From Candidatus Epulonipiscium sp. (GTDB taxonomy: Bacteria; Bacillota; Clostridia; Lachnospirales; JAAYNZ01), in the NCBI GenBank assembly GCA_012799415.1, contig JAAZLH010000090.1:17668-81667 (forward strand): a DNA stretch of 64,000 nucleotides. The letters run 5' to 3'. Position 1 is the first letter of the stretch, and the number at the start of each line of letters is the position of its first letter. The notes under the pieces were generated by a model. It did no database searches. It worked only from the letters and a program-made list of their open reading frames with translations, and was not told the origin of the DNA. The position numbers and the translations under genes were made by a program. Positions 10,622 to 21,902 of the stretch are shown here, piece after piece.

Positions 10622-11461
10622 TTAAACAGACTCATAAATTTTCTTTAAATAATCTCTACTTTCATTCATAAAAGGTTCTTTTGTGTCTTCAAGTAGTATA
10701 TTAACCAAAGGTTTTCTAGCTTTAATTTCCTTTAGAATAAAATCATAGTTTAGCAATCCTTGACCAACAGGTACAGTTTTTACACCATCGTCTGTAAGGA
10801 CAAAGTCTTTGGCATGAACAATAACAATTCGATCTCCAAATAATTCTAATGATTCAGCAACCACTTCTTCTTGGCGCTGATAGTTATTTTTATCGATTAG
10901 ATTAACAGGATCAAAAATAACCTGTAAATTATCAGAGTCAATGGTATCCAGTAATCTTTTCATTCTTTTAGGATCATTGATGGTAAACTTTGTAACAGCT
11001 TCAACCCCAACAATAACACCAAATTTTTCAGCTTCATCTACCAGTTCTTTCATACTTGTTACCAACTCATGAAAAATTTCTTCGCCATGATTAGCAGGAT
11101 GGAATGAAAAGTCTGCATTGATAGAGCCTGTTTCTGTTCCTATGATACTACAATTAAAGTCACGAGCAAATCTAATATGCTCTTTAAAGCGATCTAATGA
11201 TTTTCTTCTTTGTTCTAGATCAGGATGCACAGGGTTAATATAACATCCTAAGACAGCAACATCAACATTATGTCTATTTAACACATGAGCAATATGGCGC
11301 CCCATTCCGGGGCTTAAAGAACCTAAGCTGCTATTTAAGCTAGGTAATGCTTTGGCAAGGGCTAATTGAATGGCCGTAAATCCTTTTTCGGATACTTTTT
11401 GTGCAATCACCTCTATATCATCCAAAACATTCAAGTCATGTGCTCGTACTCCTAAATTCAT
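10622..11461 (-). CDS. Sugar phosphate isomerase/epimerase (xylose isomerase-like TIM barrel)
   Basis: GVRAHD, LGCYINP, GTETG, FDPVN and HAKDF motifs. Confidence 0.8.
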   Translation of the reverse strand: MNLGVRAHDLNVLDDIEVIAQKVSEKGFTAIQLALAKALPSLNSSLGSLSPGMGRHIAHVLNRHNVDVAVLGCYINPVHPDLEQRRKSLDRFKEHIRFARDFNCSIIGTETGSINADFSFHPANHGEEIFHELVTSMKELVDEAEKFGVIVGVEAVTKFTINDPKRMKRLLDTIDSDNLQVIFDPVNLIDKNNYQRQEEVVAESLELFGDRIVIVHAKDFVLTDDGVKTVPVGQGLLNYDFILKEIKARKPLVNILLEDTKEPFMNESRDYLKKIYESV

Positions 11462-11560
11462 ATAAATTCTCCTTTTCTATTTTTCTTCTTTATCTATTAG
11501 AAACTTCTATCTTTATCGTTTCTTCTAGTACTAGAACTAGCAATAGTATGTCCATTAAAC

Positions 11561-12850
11561 TCAAGGTATTTGAATTTGTCCTTTATGATACATTGATTGG
11601 AGAGCCATCATTACTCCTATTTTAGCATGATGCCAAGAAAGGCCTCCTTGTAAAAATACATTATAGGGAGGGGTAATTGGTGCGTCTGCACTGAGTTCAA
11701 TAGAAGATCCCTGTACAAAGGCGCCAGCTGCCATAATAACTGGATATCCATACCCTGGCATATCAGCAGGGATTGGAGTCACAAAACTATCTACAGGAGC
11801 ACCTTTTTGAATACCTTGACAAAAAGATATTACATTTTCAGGCTCTCTTAATTGGATGGCTTGGATAATATCATGACGACTATCTTGGGCGGAAGGCATA
11901 ACTTTAAAACCCAACCTTTCAAAAAGGTGAGCTGCAAAAATTGCTCCTTTTACACTACCATTGACTACTTGGGGAGCTAAAAATAATCCTTGGAATAATA
12001 GCTGATTAATTCCTAAGGTAGCTCCTACTTCTTTTCCTAAACCAGGGGCACTTAAACGAATAGCAGCTTGTTCTACATATTTTTCCTTTCCTACAATATA
12101 TCCCCCTGTAGGCGCCAATCCTCCGCCTGGATTTTTAATGAGAGAACCAACAACTAAATCTGCTCCTACTTCTGAAGGTTCAATGGTTTCAACAAATTCA
12201 CCATAACAGTTATCTACCATACAAATTACATCAGGCTTAATATTTTTGATAAAAGTAATTAACTCGCCTATTTGTTGAACAGATAAGGTTGGTCGCCAAT
12301 CATAGCCTTTTGAACGTTGGATAGTAACCAATTTTGTTTTTTCGTGTATAGAGCTTTTAATTTGATCATAATCAAAAGTACCGTCTTGTAGTAAATCTAC
12401 CTGACGATAGGTGATTCCATATTCTTTTAGAGAGCCAGGCATTGGACGAATACCTATAACTCCTTCCAATGTATCATAAGGTTTACCTACAGGAGATAGA
12501 ACCTCATCCCCTGGGCGTAAGTTGCCAAATAAGGCTACTGTTAAAGCATGGGTACCTGACATCAATTGTGGTCTTACAAGGCCTGATTCCGCCCCAAAAA
12601 CATGAGCATATATGTCCTCCAATGTATCACGACCTAAATCATTATACCCATAACCTGTTGTAGCAGAAAAATGAGATTCGCTTAAAGAATGATATTGCAT
12701 TGCTTTTAAAATTTTTAGTTGATTATACTCTGTTGTTTGATCAATAGTACTAAAAAATGCCTGTATTTTTTTTTCTGATTGAAAACAAAAATCAATAATT
12801 TTAGGATCAAGTTGAAATTGCTCCTTTAAATAATCTTTAAGTCTATTCAT
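11561..12850 (-). CDS. ynbB: YnbB / methionine gamma-lyase family PLP protein (aluminium resistance family)
   Basis: TGYGYNDLGRD, SGTHAL, DNCYGEF and GSLIKNPGGGLA motifs; downstream of hfq. Confidence 0.88.
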   Translation of the reverse strand: MNRLKDYLKEQFQLDPKIIDFCFQSEKKIQAFFSTIDQTTEYNQLKILKAMQYHSLSESHFSATTGYGYNDLGRDTLEDIYAHVFGAESGLVRPQLMSGTHALTVALFGNLRPGDEVLSPVGKPYDTLEGVIGIRPMPGSLKEYGITYRQVDLLQDGTFDYDQIKSSIHEKTKLVTIQRSKGYDWRPTLSVQQIGELITFIKNIKPDVICMVDNCYGEFVETIEPSEVGADLVVGSLIKNPGGGLAPTGGYIVGKEKYVEQAAIRLSAPGLGKEVGATLGINQLLFQGLFLAPQVVNGSVKGAIFAAHLFERLGFKVMPSAQDSRHDIIQAIQLREPENVISFCQGIQKGAPVDSFVTPIPADMPGYGYPVIMAAGAFVQGSSIELSADAPITPPYNVFLQGGLSWHHAKIGVMMALQSMYHKGQIQIP

Positions 12851-12974
12851 GATGTGCTCCTTTATTTATATAACCTGCTGATAAAACATGCTTATTTTAA
12901 AGGTAGGCATGTTTGTGTAATACCTTTTCCATATGAAAGAAGAACCCCTAAGGTCCTTCAATAGATAGTAAATG

Positions 12975-13220
12975 TTAAAAATCTGTAGTGTTTTTTTCAA
13001 TCGCTGTAAGAGAAACAGCCTTTACAGGTACCATGGTAGAAATAGCGTGCTTATAAATCATTTGTTGTTTACCTTCACTATCCAAAATAACAGTAAAATT
13101 ATCAAAACCCTTTACAGTTCCTTTCAACTGAAAACCATTAGTTAAAAAAATAGTCACTGGAATTCGTTCTTTGCGCATCTGGTTTAAAAATACATCTTGT
13201 AAATTTACTGGTTTACTCAT
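12975..13220 (-). CDS. hfq: RNA chaperone Hfq
   Basis: NLQDVFLN...NGFQLKG...YKHAIST; start at MSKP. Confidence 0.97.
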   Translation of the reverse strand: MSKPVNLQDVFLNQMRKERIPVTIFLTNGFQLKGTVKGFDNFTVILDSEGKQQMIYKHAISTMVPVKAVSLTAIEKNTTDF

Positions 13221-13268
13221 CCTAATCTCTCTCTCCTTTCTATTTTCACAGCATGTCATTCTTCTATT

Positions 13269-14237
13269 TTATATGATTTTTCCAACTTCTTCAACATGAT
13301 TTCGCATTTTCGTCATAATTTGAGTGTAATTAAATTGTTCTTGATCAACATGAATCCAATTAACCTCTTTTTCTCTACGAAACCAAGTGAGTTGGCGCTT
13401 TGCAAAGTGGCGTGTATCTCTCTTTAAAATATAGATAGCTTCTTCTAAAGAACAATTGCCAAGGAGATACTCTATAATTTCCTTATATCCTAGGCCTTGC
13501 ATAGAAACTAGTTGGGGTCCATAGCCCTGCTTTAATAAAGCATTTACCTCCGCTATTAATCCTTTTTCTATCATTTGATCTACTCTTTTATTGATTCGCT
13601 CATATAACAAAGTACGTTCCATCGTTAAAGCAAAAAAGACTAATTGGTAAGGGGTTGACTTTTGTTTTTCTATTTCGTTATGAAGGGAGATAGGCTCCCC
13701 GGTTTGCTGGTAATATTCTAAGGCGCGGATAATCCTTTTAACATTATTAGGGTGGATATTTTTAGCGGAAATAGGATCGATTCGTTCTAACTGTTGATGT
13801 AGTATTCCGCTACCTTCTATTTTTGCTTTTTGCTCAAGGGAATTTCTGTAGTCACCATCTTTTTTCGTCTCTTTGAATTCAATATCATATATGACGGATT
13901 GAATGTAGAATCCAGTCCCCCCTACAATAATGGGGATTTTCTTCTTTTGATAAATACCTTCTATGGCTTTTTTTGCTTTTTGCTGAAATAAAGCCACATT
14001 CCATTCTTCGTCTGGATTGACTATATTCAGTAAATGATGAGGAATGTTCTCCATCTCTTGGGGGGTTGGCTTTGCAGTCCCAATATCCATGTGACGATAT
14101 ACCTGCATAGAATCTGCAGATATAATTTCCCCATCAAGAGATTTAGCAAGTTCAATTCCTATTTTTGTTTTTCCAGAAGCGGTAGGTCCGCCAATAACAA
14201 TTAAAGGTTTATTCATAAGCTTATTTCCTTCTTTCAT
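13269..14237 (-). CDS. miaA: tRNA dimethylallyltransferase
   Basis: GPTASGKT, DSMQVY, GGTGFY and AKRQLTWF motifs. Confidence 0.96.
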   Translation of the reverse strand: MKEGNKLMNKPLIVIGGPTASGKTKIGIELAKSLDGEIISADSMQVYRHMDIGTAKPTPQEMENIPHHLLNIVNPDEEWNVALFQQKAKKAIEGIYQKKKIPIIVGGTGFYIQSVIYDIEFKETKKDGDYRNSLEQKAKIEGSGILHQQLERIDPISAKNIHPNNVKRIIRALEYYQQTGEPISLHNEIEKQKSTPYQLVFFALTMERTLLYERINKRVDQMIEKGLIAEVNALLKQGYGPQLVSMQGLGYKEIIEYLLGNCSLEEAIYILKRDTRHFAKRQLTWFRREKEVNWIHVDQEQFNYTQIMTKMRNHVEEVGKII

Positions 14238-14241
14238 TCCA

Positions 14242-16074
14242 TCATTGAATACGATGGAATTTTTTTTCTAACTCATATTTAGTCATTTCTATAATTGTGG
14301 GCCGTCCATGGGGGCAAGTATATGGATTTTCTAAAGCCAGCAATTCTTGAATGAGCCTATGGCTTTCATTTTCACTTAAGGTATCCATTGCTTTTACGGC
14401 AGCTTTACAAGCCAAAGATGCTACCTTTTCTAAACGTAGTTCATATGCAGATTGCACAGGTGTTTCTTGAAGTAAATCAATCAATTCTAGAAAAAAGTCT
14501 TGTCCTAAAGGCTGATTGAAAACAATAGGTAAAGAACGAAGAATGAAAGAGTTTTCTCCAAAATCTTCGATTTCAAACCCAAAATCGAGGAGTAATTCTT
14601 TATTTTCTTCTAATACTTGCTGCTCTTTTAAGGATAGATCTAAAACCAAAGGTTCTAATAATATTTGACTATCTGGGGTATGGTTGCGATAATCTTGCAA
14701 TAGTTTTTCATATAGGATCCGTTCATGTGCAGCATGTTGATCAATGAGATACATTTTGTTTTCTGCTTCTACAATCCAATAAGTTTTAAATAATTGGCCT
14801 ACAATTTGATAATGCAAGGGGAAAATTTCAGCAACTGTTGGAGGTGAAACTGTTGCTAGTGGCCCATTATTTCCCTTATTTTGCTCTACTACCGGGAGGT
14901 AATCTGCCTTTACCTCATGAATCTCCTCTAAAGTCTTCTCTTTTTTAGAGAGTTCAGGCAAAGAAGAAAAGGGTTTTGTAGTTCTAGGAATCTCGAAAGG
15001 TTCAGGCAAAACCTCTTGAACAGCTGACATAGATGACGCCTCTTTTTTTCTAGATATAGGATCCCAAGAAACTTGTGGGATTAAATTTTCAGCTTGCAAT
15101 CTTTCAGTTACTATTTTAAGTAGCCATTCATAGATTGTTTCTTCATCTCGAAAACGTACTTCCATTTTGGTAGGATGTACATTGGCATCAACTTCTCTAG
15201 GGTCAATCTGCAAATGAAGTACAAGTACGGGAAATTTATTGATAGGTAGAAGAGTCTTATAAGCAGTTTCCACACAGTTTTGTAGGAGATCACTTTTGAT
15301 ATATCGACCATTAATAAAGAAACTCTCATAATTGCGATTTCCACGATGAATTTGGGGCTTACCTAAATATCCAACTATTTTCATATCATCTTTTTGGGCT
15401 TCTATTGGTATCATATGCTTGACCATTTCTTTTCCATAGACATGAAAAATACAATTTTGCAAATTATTATTTCCAGAAGTATGGAGTATAATAGAGTTAT
15501 TATTAATAAATTTAAAAGAAATAGCTGGATGTCCCAAGGCTATTTTGTGAATTATATCGCTAATATAACTAGCTTCTGTTCCAGATTTTTTTAAGAATTT
15601 ACGTCGGGCGGGGGTGTTAAAGAAAAGATTACGCATAATAATGGTTGTACCTTCAGGGCAGCCAATTTCTTCTTCACGCAAAACTTTTCCTCCCTCAATC
15701 TCTACTCTAATCCCTGTCACTTCTCGAGGAGTTTTTGTGATCATTTCAATTTGAGCAACAGATGCGATACTAGCTAATGCTTCACCTCGAAAACCTAAGG
15801 AAGAAATATGAAATAGGTCTTCATCTTTTTGAATCTTACTAGTTGTATGTCGAAGAAAGGCAGTTCTCACCTCTTGCTTAGGAATGCCTATCCCATTATC
15901 TGTAATACGAATAAAAGAAATACCTCCCTCTTTTATCTCTACAGTAATTGCACTTGCTTTAGCATCAATAGAATTTTCTACTAACTCTTTAACGACAGAT
16001 GCCGGGCGTTCTACTACCTCACCGGCAGCAATTTTATTAATAGTATGTTGATCGAGCATATGTATCGATTGCAT
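14242..16074 (-). CDS. mutL: DNA mismatch repair protein MutL
   Basis: KIAAGEVVERP, GFRGEAL, DQHAAHER and CPHGRP motifs. Confidence 0.97.
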   Translation of the reverse strand: MQSIHMLDQHTINKIAAGEVVERPASVVKELVENSIDAKASAITVEIKEGGISFIRITDNGIGIPKQEVRTAFLRHTTSKIQKDEDLFHISSLGFRGEALASIASVAQIEMITKTPREVTGIRVEIEGGKVLREEEIGCPEGTTIIMRNLFFNTPARRKFLKKSGTEASYISDIIHKIALGHPAISFKFINNNSIILHTSGNNNLQNCIFHVYGKEMVKHMIPIEAQKDDMKIVGYLGKPQIHRGNRNYESFFINGRYIKSDLLQNCVETAYKTLLPINKFPVLVLHLQIDPREVDANVHPTKMEVRFRDEETIYEWLLKIVTERLQAENLIPQVSWDPISRKKEASSMSAVQEVLPEPFEIPRTTKPFSSLPELSKKEKTLEEIHEVKADYLPVVEQNKGNNGPLATVSPPTVAEIFPLHYQIVGQLFKTYWIVEAENKMYLIDQHAAHERILYEKLLQDYRNHTPDSQILLEPLVLDLSLKEQQVLEENKELLLDFGFEIEDFGENSFILRSLPIVFNQPLGQDFFLELIDLLQETPVQSAYELRLEKVASLACKAAVKAMDTLSENESHRLIQELLALENPYTCPHGRPTIIEMTKYELEKKFHRIQ

Positions 16075-16090
16075 AGAATCACCTCTCTTT

Positions 16091-18757
16091 CTACTTCATC
16101 CATTGTTTTGCCTTTTGATTTAATTCATATAGTTTTTGCATGGTTTCCATGGGAGTCATCTCGATTATGTTTAGTTCTTTTAATTCTTCTAAAAGTTCAT
16201 GTTTATGTTGACTAAAAAGATCCAGCTGCAAAGAGGGTTCCTCTGTTGCAGGCATCTGAGATATAGAAATAGGTGGAGTAGGTGGATTCTTCTCTAAGGA
16301 AATAGTTGTTGGGTTTTTAGCAATATCTGCAGCTTCTAATTCAGATAAAATAACTCTTGCTCGTTCTATTACTTCTAAAGGCACGCCTGCTAGTTTTGCC
16401 ACTTCAATTCCATAGCTATGATCCGCACCACCTGGTTGAATCTTACGTAGGAAAATAATGTCATCCCCTTGTTCTTTTACAGCAATACAGTAATTTTGAA
16501 CAGATGGGATTTTCCCTTCTAATTCTGTTAGTTCATGATAATGAGTAGCGAACAAAGTTTTGGCCCCAATTTTTGAAGAGTCTGCAATGTGCTCAACTAC
16601 GGCCCAAGCAATACTTAATCCATCAAATGTACTTGTCCCTCGACCAATTTCATCAAGAATCAATAAACTATTTTTAGTTGCATTATGTAGGATATTAGAT
16701 ACCTCTGACATCTCTACCATAAATGTACTTTGTCCCGATGACAAATCATCTGATGCTCCAACTCGAGTAAAAATACGATCTACAACACTAATATGAGCTT
16801 CTTTAGCTGGTACAAAACTTCCCATTTGGGCCATAAGTACAATAAGAGCTACTTGCCTCATATAGGTAGACTTCCCTGCCATATTTGGACCGGTAATAAT
16901 ACAAAGTTGGTGTTCTTTTTGATTCAAATACGTATCGTTGGAAATAAAATTTTCCATAGGCATCATTTTTTCTACAACAGGATGTCGTCCATCCTTAATC
17001 TGAATAGTTCCATCTTGCGTGATCATAGGTTTATGATAATCTTGACGCTCTGCTACTTCAGCCAAAGATTGCAAAACATCAATGGTTGCTACCCACTGTG
17101 CAGTCTTTTGTATTCGTTTAACTTCTTTGGCGATTTTTTCTCTAATCTCAATGAATAAATCATATTCTAGCTCAACAACTTTTTCTTCTGCCCCTAAAAT
17201 ATTTTCCTCAATTTCTTTAAGTTCAGGTGTGATGTATCTCTCTGCATTGGCAAGAGTTTGTTTTCGAATGTAGCGATCCGGAACTGCACCTAGATGAGAT
17301 TTTGTTACTTCGATAAAATATCCAAATATTTTATTATAACGAATCCGGATATTTTTAATTCCTGTTTTCTCCCTCTCTTCAGCTTCTAGAGCAGCAAGCC
17401 ACTGTTTTCCTTCTGTTTTAGCCCGGTGTAAATGATCTACCTCATCATTATATCCTTTTTTAATAATATCACCCTCCCGAATAGAAATGGGAGGCTCATC
17501 ATGGATACTTAGATGTATCAATGTATGGATATCTTCAAGAATATCTAATTGTTTATAAATTTCTTGTTGGTAAATGGCTTGAGCAGGTTCTAGTAAGGCA
17601 TGAATAGCTGGGAGTAGGCTTAAAGAATTTTTAAGTGCAATAAGATCTCTTCCATTCACAGTACCATAAATGACTTTACTCATTAGGCGTTCCAAATCGT
17701 AAACGCCTCCTAGTAAATCCTTTAAATCAGAGCGTAAAAGTGGATCTTCTTTAAATTCTTCTACTCCGTCTAAGCGTTTAATAATATCTTCTGGATGAAT
17801 TAAAGGTTGTTCAATCCACTTTCTCAGGAGCCGACTACCCATAGCTGTTTTAGTTTGATCAAGCACCCATAGTAGAGATCCCCTACGTTGCTTTTCACGG
17901 AGTGTTTCAACTAATTCTAGGTTACGGCGTGTAGTAATATCTAATACCATGTAGTCATGAGTAAAGTAAGGGATGATACGTGACAAATGAGATAAGCTAA
18001 TTTTTTGGGTTTCCTGTAAATATTGTAATAAAGCACCTGCTGCAGAAATACCATATTCTAACTCATCTAACCCAAGTCCATCTAATGCATGAACTTGAAA
18101 ATGTTGACACAATTTTTGGTCACAAATAGTAGGTTCAAAATGCCAATCTTCATAAGGATTCATAAAGCATTGGAAACGACTTTGAATTTCATTAAGCTTT
18201 TTTTCATCTAAGGCAAGAGAGGAGTTGAATATCACTTCCTGAGGCTCAAATTTTCCTAATTCATCAATGAGCTTACGATGTTCATCAGTGTCTGTCCATT
18301 GTGTTACCTGAAACTCACCTGTGGTAATATCTACAATAGCAAAACCAAAGTTATTTTCATGTTGATAAATACAACTCAAATAATGATTTTTTTTATCTTC
18401 CAGCCCATCAGGATTCATATTGGTTCCTGGCGTAATAATTCGCACAACTTCTCGTTTTACAATGCCTTTTGCAACCCTTGGATCCTCTACTTGCTCACAC
18501 ATGGCCACCTTATATCCTTTTTCGATTAGGCGATGGATATAGCTATCTGCTGAATGATATGGCACTCCACACATAGGTGCTTTTTCTTTTAACCCGCAAT
18601 CCCGTGCTGTTAATGTAATATCTAACTCCTTAGAAGCAGTAATAGCATCCTCAAAAAACATTTCATAGAAATCACCTAAACGAAAAAAAAGAATACAGTC
18701 TTTATATTGATTCTTAACTTCCATATATTGTTGCATCATTGGTGTAAGTTTACCCAT
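16091..18757 (-). CDS. mutS: DNA mismatch repair protein MutS
   Basis: TPMMQQY, GDFYE, TGPNMAGKSTYMRQ and DEIGRGT motifs. Confidence 0.97.
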   Translation of the reverse strand: MGKLTPMMQQYMEVKNQYKDCILFFRLGDFYEMFFEDAITASKELDITLTARDCGLKEKAPMCGVPYHSADSYIHRLIEKGYKVAMCEQVEDPRVAKGIVKREVVRIITPGTNMNPDGLEDKKNHYLSCIYQHENNFGFAIVDITTGEFQVTQWTDTDEHRKLIDELGKFEPQEVIFNSSLALDEKKLNEIQSRFQCFMNPYEDWHFEPTICDQKLCQHFQVHALDGLGLDELEYGISAAGALLQYLQETQKISLSHLSRIIPYFTHDYMVLDITTRRNLELVETLREKQRRGSLLWVLDQTKTAMGSRLLRKWIEQPLIHPEDIIKRLDGVEEFKEDPLLRSDLKDLLGGVYDLERLMSKVIYGTVNGRDLIALKNSLSLLPAIHALLEPAQAIYQQEIYKQLDILEDIHTLIHLSIHDEPPISIREGDIIKKGYNDEVDHLHRAKTEGKQWLAALEAEEREKTGIKNIRIRYNKIFGYFIEVTKSHLGAVPDRYIRKQTLANAERYITPELKEIEENILGAEEKVVELEYDLFIEIREKIAKEVKRIQKTAQWVATIDVLQSLAEVAERQDYHKPMITQDGTIQIKDGRHPVVEKMMPMENFISNDTYLNQKEHQLCIITGPNMAGKSTYMRQVALIVLMAQMGSFVPAKEAHISVVDRIFTRVGASDDLSSGQSTFMVEMSEVSNILHNATKNSLLILDEIGRGTSTFDGLSIAWAVVEHIADSSKIGAKTLFATHYHELTELEGKIPSVQNYCIAVKEQGDDIIFLRKIQPGGADHSYGIEVAKLAGVPLEVIERARVILSELEAADIAKNPTTISLEKNPPTPPISISQMPATEEPSLQLDLFSQHKHELLEELKELNIIEMTPMETMQKLYELNQKAKQWMK

Positions 18758-18836
18758 AATATCCCTCTTTTAAATTTAGATTTAAAAATATTATATAAAA
18801 CAATCAGGAGATAAAAAGTGCGATTCCTCGCACTTT

Positions 18837-19229
18837 TTATGGTTTCATAGCACAACAACCGCCAGACTTTTTATTGCAACCCTGTCCACAGGATGACACT
18901 GAAAATAAGGGAGCAGGAAGGGAAAATTCTAATATGCCTAGTACTTGGTCTAGTACTGTTCTAATTTTTTTTTCGTGATCCTGTATCTTTTGTAGGATAG
19001 GATTGTTTTGTATTTGTAAATTGATTTTTTGCAACTCCATCACTATATTAGATTGCTCAGCAGAGGCTATAGCAGAGAGTTTACCTTGAAGATTTTTCTG
19101 TGTTCTTAGTAATTGAATTGCTGTATCATCTTGTTCTAGTTGATCTAAAGTAGCAAGATAAGCTTTTACTTCTTCCGTATCTAAAAGGCAAGAACTAAGT
19201 TCTCTTGTTTTTTCAAAAACTGTTTTCAT
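18837..19229 (-). CDS. YlbF/YmcA-family regulator with Cys-rich tail
   Basis: Helical 130-aa protein between miaB and mutS, the ymcA position in Firmicutes; C-terminal CGQGC..CC. Confidence 0.65.
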   Translation of the reverse strand: MKTVFEKTRELSSCLLDTEEVKAYLATLDQLEQDDTAIQLLRTQKNLQGKLSAIASAEQSNIVMELQKINLQIQNNPILQKIQDHEKKIRTVLDQVLGILEFSLPAPLFSVSSCGQGCNKKSGGCCAMKP

Positions 19230-20644
19230 TATACTATCAACTCTCCTATTAAATAGTAAGGCTTTGCATCTGTAATTTTTACAGGCACAATTTTCCCTAC
19301 TAAGGATGAATCACCAGCAAAATGCACAAGGTGATTTGTATCAGATCGTCCTGTTAAAATTGTTTGATTTTCTTGATTGGCTTCTTCTACGAGGATTTGT
19401 AGGATTTCCTCTTTTTTTTCTAAATTGTTTTCATAAACAATAGAATCTAAAATGCTAAGTAACTCATTGAAATGTTTTTTAGCTTTCTCTTCTGGTATTT
19501 GATCTTCCATAGTAGCCCCTGGTGTTCCTGTTCGTTTGGAATATAGGAATGTAAAGGCACCATCAAATTTAACTTGTTGAACAAGATCAAGAGTTTCTTG
19601 AAACTCGTTTTCATGTTCTCCTGGAAAACCTACAATAATATCTGTTGTTAAAGAAATATTGGGCATAGCAGAACGGATTTTTTTAACTAAATTTAGATAA
19701 TGTTCTTTGGTATATTTACGATTCATGGCCTTTAATATTTTTGTACTACCTGCTTGAACAGGGAGATGTAAATGCCTACAAATTTTATTCGACTCTTTCA
19801 TAACTTTAATTAGCTCATCTGATAAGTCTTTAGGATGAGATGTCATAAATCGAATACGCTCAAGGCCTTCTATATGAGTTAAATCCTTAAGCAGGTCTGG
19901 AAAAGAGTAATCTTGTTCTAATGTTTTTCCATAGGAGTTTACATTTTGACCCAGTAGCATAATTTCTTTTACACCATCAGCAACTAATCTTTGTACTTCA
20001 GCAAGAATTTCTTCAGGTAGACGGCTTCTTTCTCGCCCTCTAACATAGGGAACAATACAGTAACTACAAAAGTTATTACACCCATACATAATATTAACCC
20101 CAGCTTTAAAAGTATCTTTTCGAATACTTGGTAAATCTTCTACGATCTCTTGATGTTCTTTCCATATATCAATAACCATTTGATTTGTTTCGAGATGGGT
20201 TTGTAATAGTTCAGGAAATTTATAAAGATTAAAAGTGCCAAAGACTAGATCTACATGTCTATACTTCTGTTTGATTTCTTTCAATACATTTTCCTGCTGC
20301 ATCATACAGCCACAAATAGCTATTTTGATATGTGGATTTTTTTCCTTATACGATTTTAAAGAACCTAAACGGCCGAAAACTTTTTGCTCTGCATTTTCTC
20401 GAACACAACAAGTGTTATAAATAATAAAATCTGCTTCTTTCTCTTTTACGGCTAAACTAAATCCCAGTTTTTCTAATATTCCTACCAATTTTTCAGAATC
20501 ACGGACATTCATCTGACATCCAAAGGTCTGAATAAAGTAGGATAATCCTTTTCCCTGAAATGAAGAAGAAAGCTCTTCTATGATCTGTTTCTGACGTAGG
20601 GCTTCTTCTTCCCCAATTTTATAAACTCTTTCTTTACGGCTCAT
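19229..20644 (-). CDS. miaB: tRNA-i6A37 methylthiotransferase
   Basis: TFGCQMN, NTCCVRE, radical SAM CNNFCSYC and TRAM domain. Confidence 0.96.
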   Translation of the reverse strand: MSRKERVYKIGEEEALRQKQIIEELSSSFQGKGLSYFIQTFGCQMNVRDSEKLVGILEKLGFSLAVKEKEADFIIYNTCCVRENAEQKVFGRLGSLKSYKEKNPHIKIAICGCMMQQENVLKEIKQKYRHVDLVFGTFNLYKFPELLQTHLETNQMVIDIWKEHQEIVEDLPSIRKDTFKAGVNIMYGCNNFCSYCIVPYVRGRERSRLPEEILAEVQRLVADGVKEIMLLGQNVNSYGKTLEQDYSFPDLLKDLTHIEGLERIRFMTSHPKDLSDELIKVMKESNKICRHLHLPVQAGSTKILKAMNRKYTKEHYLNLVKKIRSAMPNISLTTDIIVGFPGEHENEFQETLDLVQQVKFDGAFTFLYSKRTGTPGATMEDQIPEEKAKKHFNELLSILDSIVYENNLEKKEEILQILVEEANQENQTILTGRSDTNHLVHFAGDSSLVGKIVPVKITDAKPYYLIGELIV

Positions 20645-20745
20645 TATATATAAAATCCTCCTTACTTACGTTACGATTAACAACTCTTTCTTATTTTATA
20701 TAATCTGAGGAGTAATTGCAACCATTTTAGTATGATATCATAATT

Positions 20746-21717
20746 TTAAAAAACTAATTTCTGCATTTCTTCTTGTTTTTGTTTTGCATCAATCTCATGG
20801 GTATAAGTAGACAAAGTAATTGAAGGATTTGCATGAGAAATAATACTAGCCAACGTACGTATATTCATCCCTGCTGCAATGGAGTAAGATGCAAAGGTGT
20901 GCCGAAACAAATGGGCATGAATTTTTCGTTCTAAATGTGCAGATAACTCTAGCATAAAATCATATAAAGTTCTTGTAGAGATATGATTTTCAGAATTATA
21001 GATGCTGGGGAAAAGCCATGGACTTTCTGGTAATAGATAGCCTGCTTGTTGTAACATTTGAATCCCATTTTCGTATTCAAAAAAAGCATATTTTAGTTGA
21101 ATATGAATAGGGATTTCATTGTATTTTTTCCCTTTTGCAATGATACCTAAAGTATTGGTCATTAGTTTTAAGTTGCTTTTCTTAATAGATACGGCCTCAT
21201 AGGCACGGCATCCTGTAAATAAAAGAATATAGACAAGTAACCGATTACGAAATAGTACATACAACTGATGTAATTGTTTTTGATTAGGTGTAAAACTTTG
21301 GTTTATTGTTTTGATTTTATTTTCAATCTCTTGATTAAGAAGCTGAAAAATCTGTTGAATTTCATCCTTACTTAATACTTCTTTTGGTCCTTGGGTATTT
21401 TTGAAATGAACAACATCTACTAATTCCCATACTTTTGTTTTACATAGTTTTTTCTGATAACAAAATCGTAGAAATCGTTTTAAGACAATTCGTTTTCTCT
21501 TTTGGGTACTCATAGCTAAATGAGATGTGCTCTCCTGAAAAAACTGTGATATTAAAGGATAAGTTAAATCATCAATTTTCATATTTCCTAAAAAATGTTT
21601 ATCTAAAAAATATAATAATTGATCTAAATCAATCTGATAGCTTTTTATTGTATTTGAAGATCGACCGATGTCAATTAAACTTTGAAGAAATAATTTTTGA
21701 GCATCTTTTATAATCAT
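20746..21717 (-). CDS. Tyrosine recombinase/integrase (Xer-like)
   Basis: TGCRAYE, KGKK, HLFRHTFA, SHAN..T..Y; N-terminal SAM-like domain. Confidence 0.85.
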   Translation of the reverse strand: MIIKDAQKLFLQSLIDIGRSSNTIKSYQIDLDQLLYFLDKHFLGNMKIDDLTYPLISQFFQESTSHLAMSTQKRKRIVLKRFLRFCYQKKLCKTKVWELVDVVHFKNTQGPKEVLSKDEIQQIFQLLNQEIENKIKTINQSFTPNQKQLHQLYVLFRNRLLVYILLFTGCRAYEAVSIKKSNLKLMTNTLGIIAKGKKYNEIPIHIQLKYAFFEYENGIQMLQQAGYLLPESPWLFPSIYNSENHISTRTLYDFMLELSAHLERKIHAHLFRHTFASYSIAAGMNIRTLASIISHANPSITLSTYTHEIDAKQKQEEMQKLVF

Positions 21718-21803
21718 CTATATTCACCTTCTTTTTTATGCACTCTTTTATTATACCATAAATAAAGTTGACGTTAGATGTAAAAACAATTATTTTGAAT
21801 AAC

Positions 21804-21847
21804 AAAAGGAATAAACTTGAAATAATATTTCTAAGTTTATTCCTTTT
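21804..21847 (-). terminator. Intrinsic terminator
   Basis: AAAAGGAATAAACTT...AAGTTTATTCCTTTT inverted repeat. Confidence 0.65.
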
Positions 21848-21902
21848 ACTAGATAATGAATATAATTTTTGAAAACATAATCACAAAAAATTAAAGATAT
21901 AA

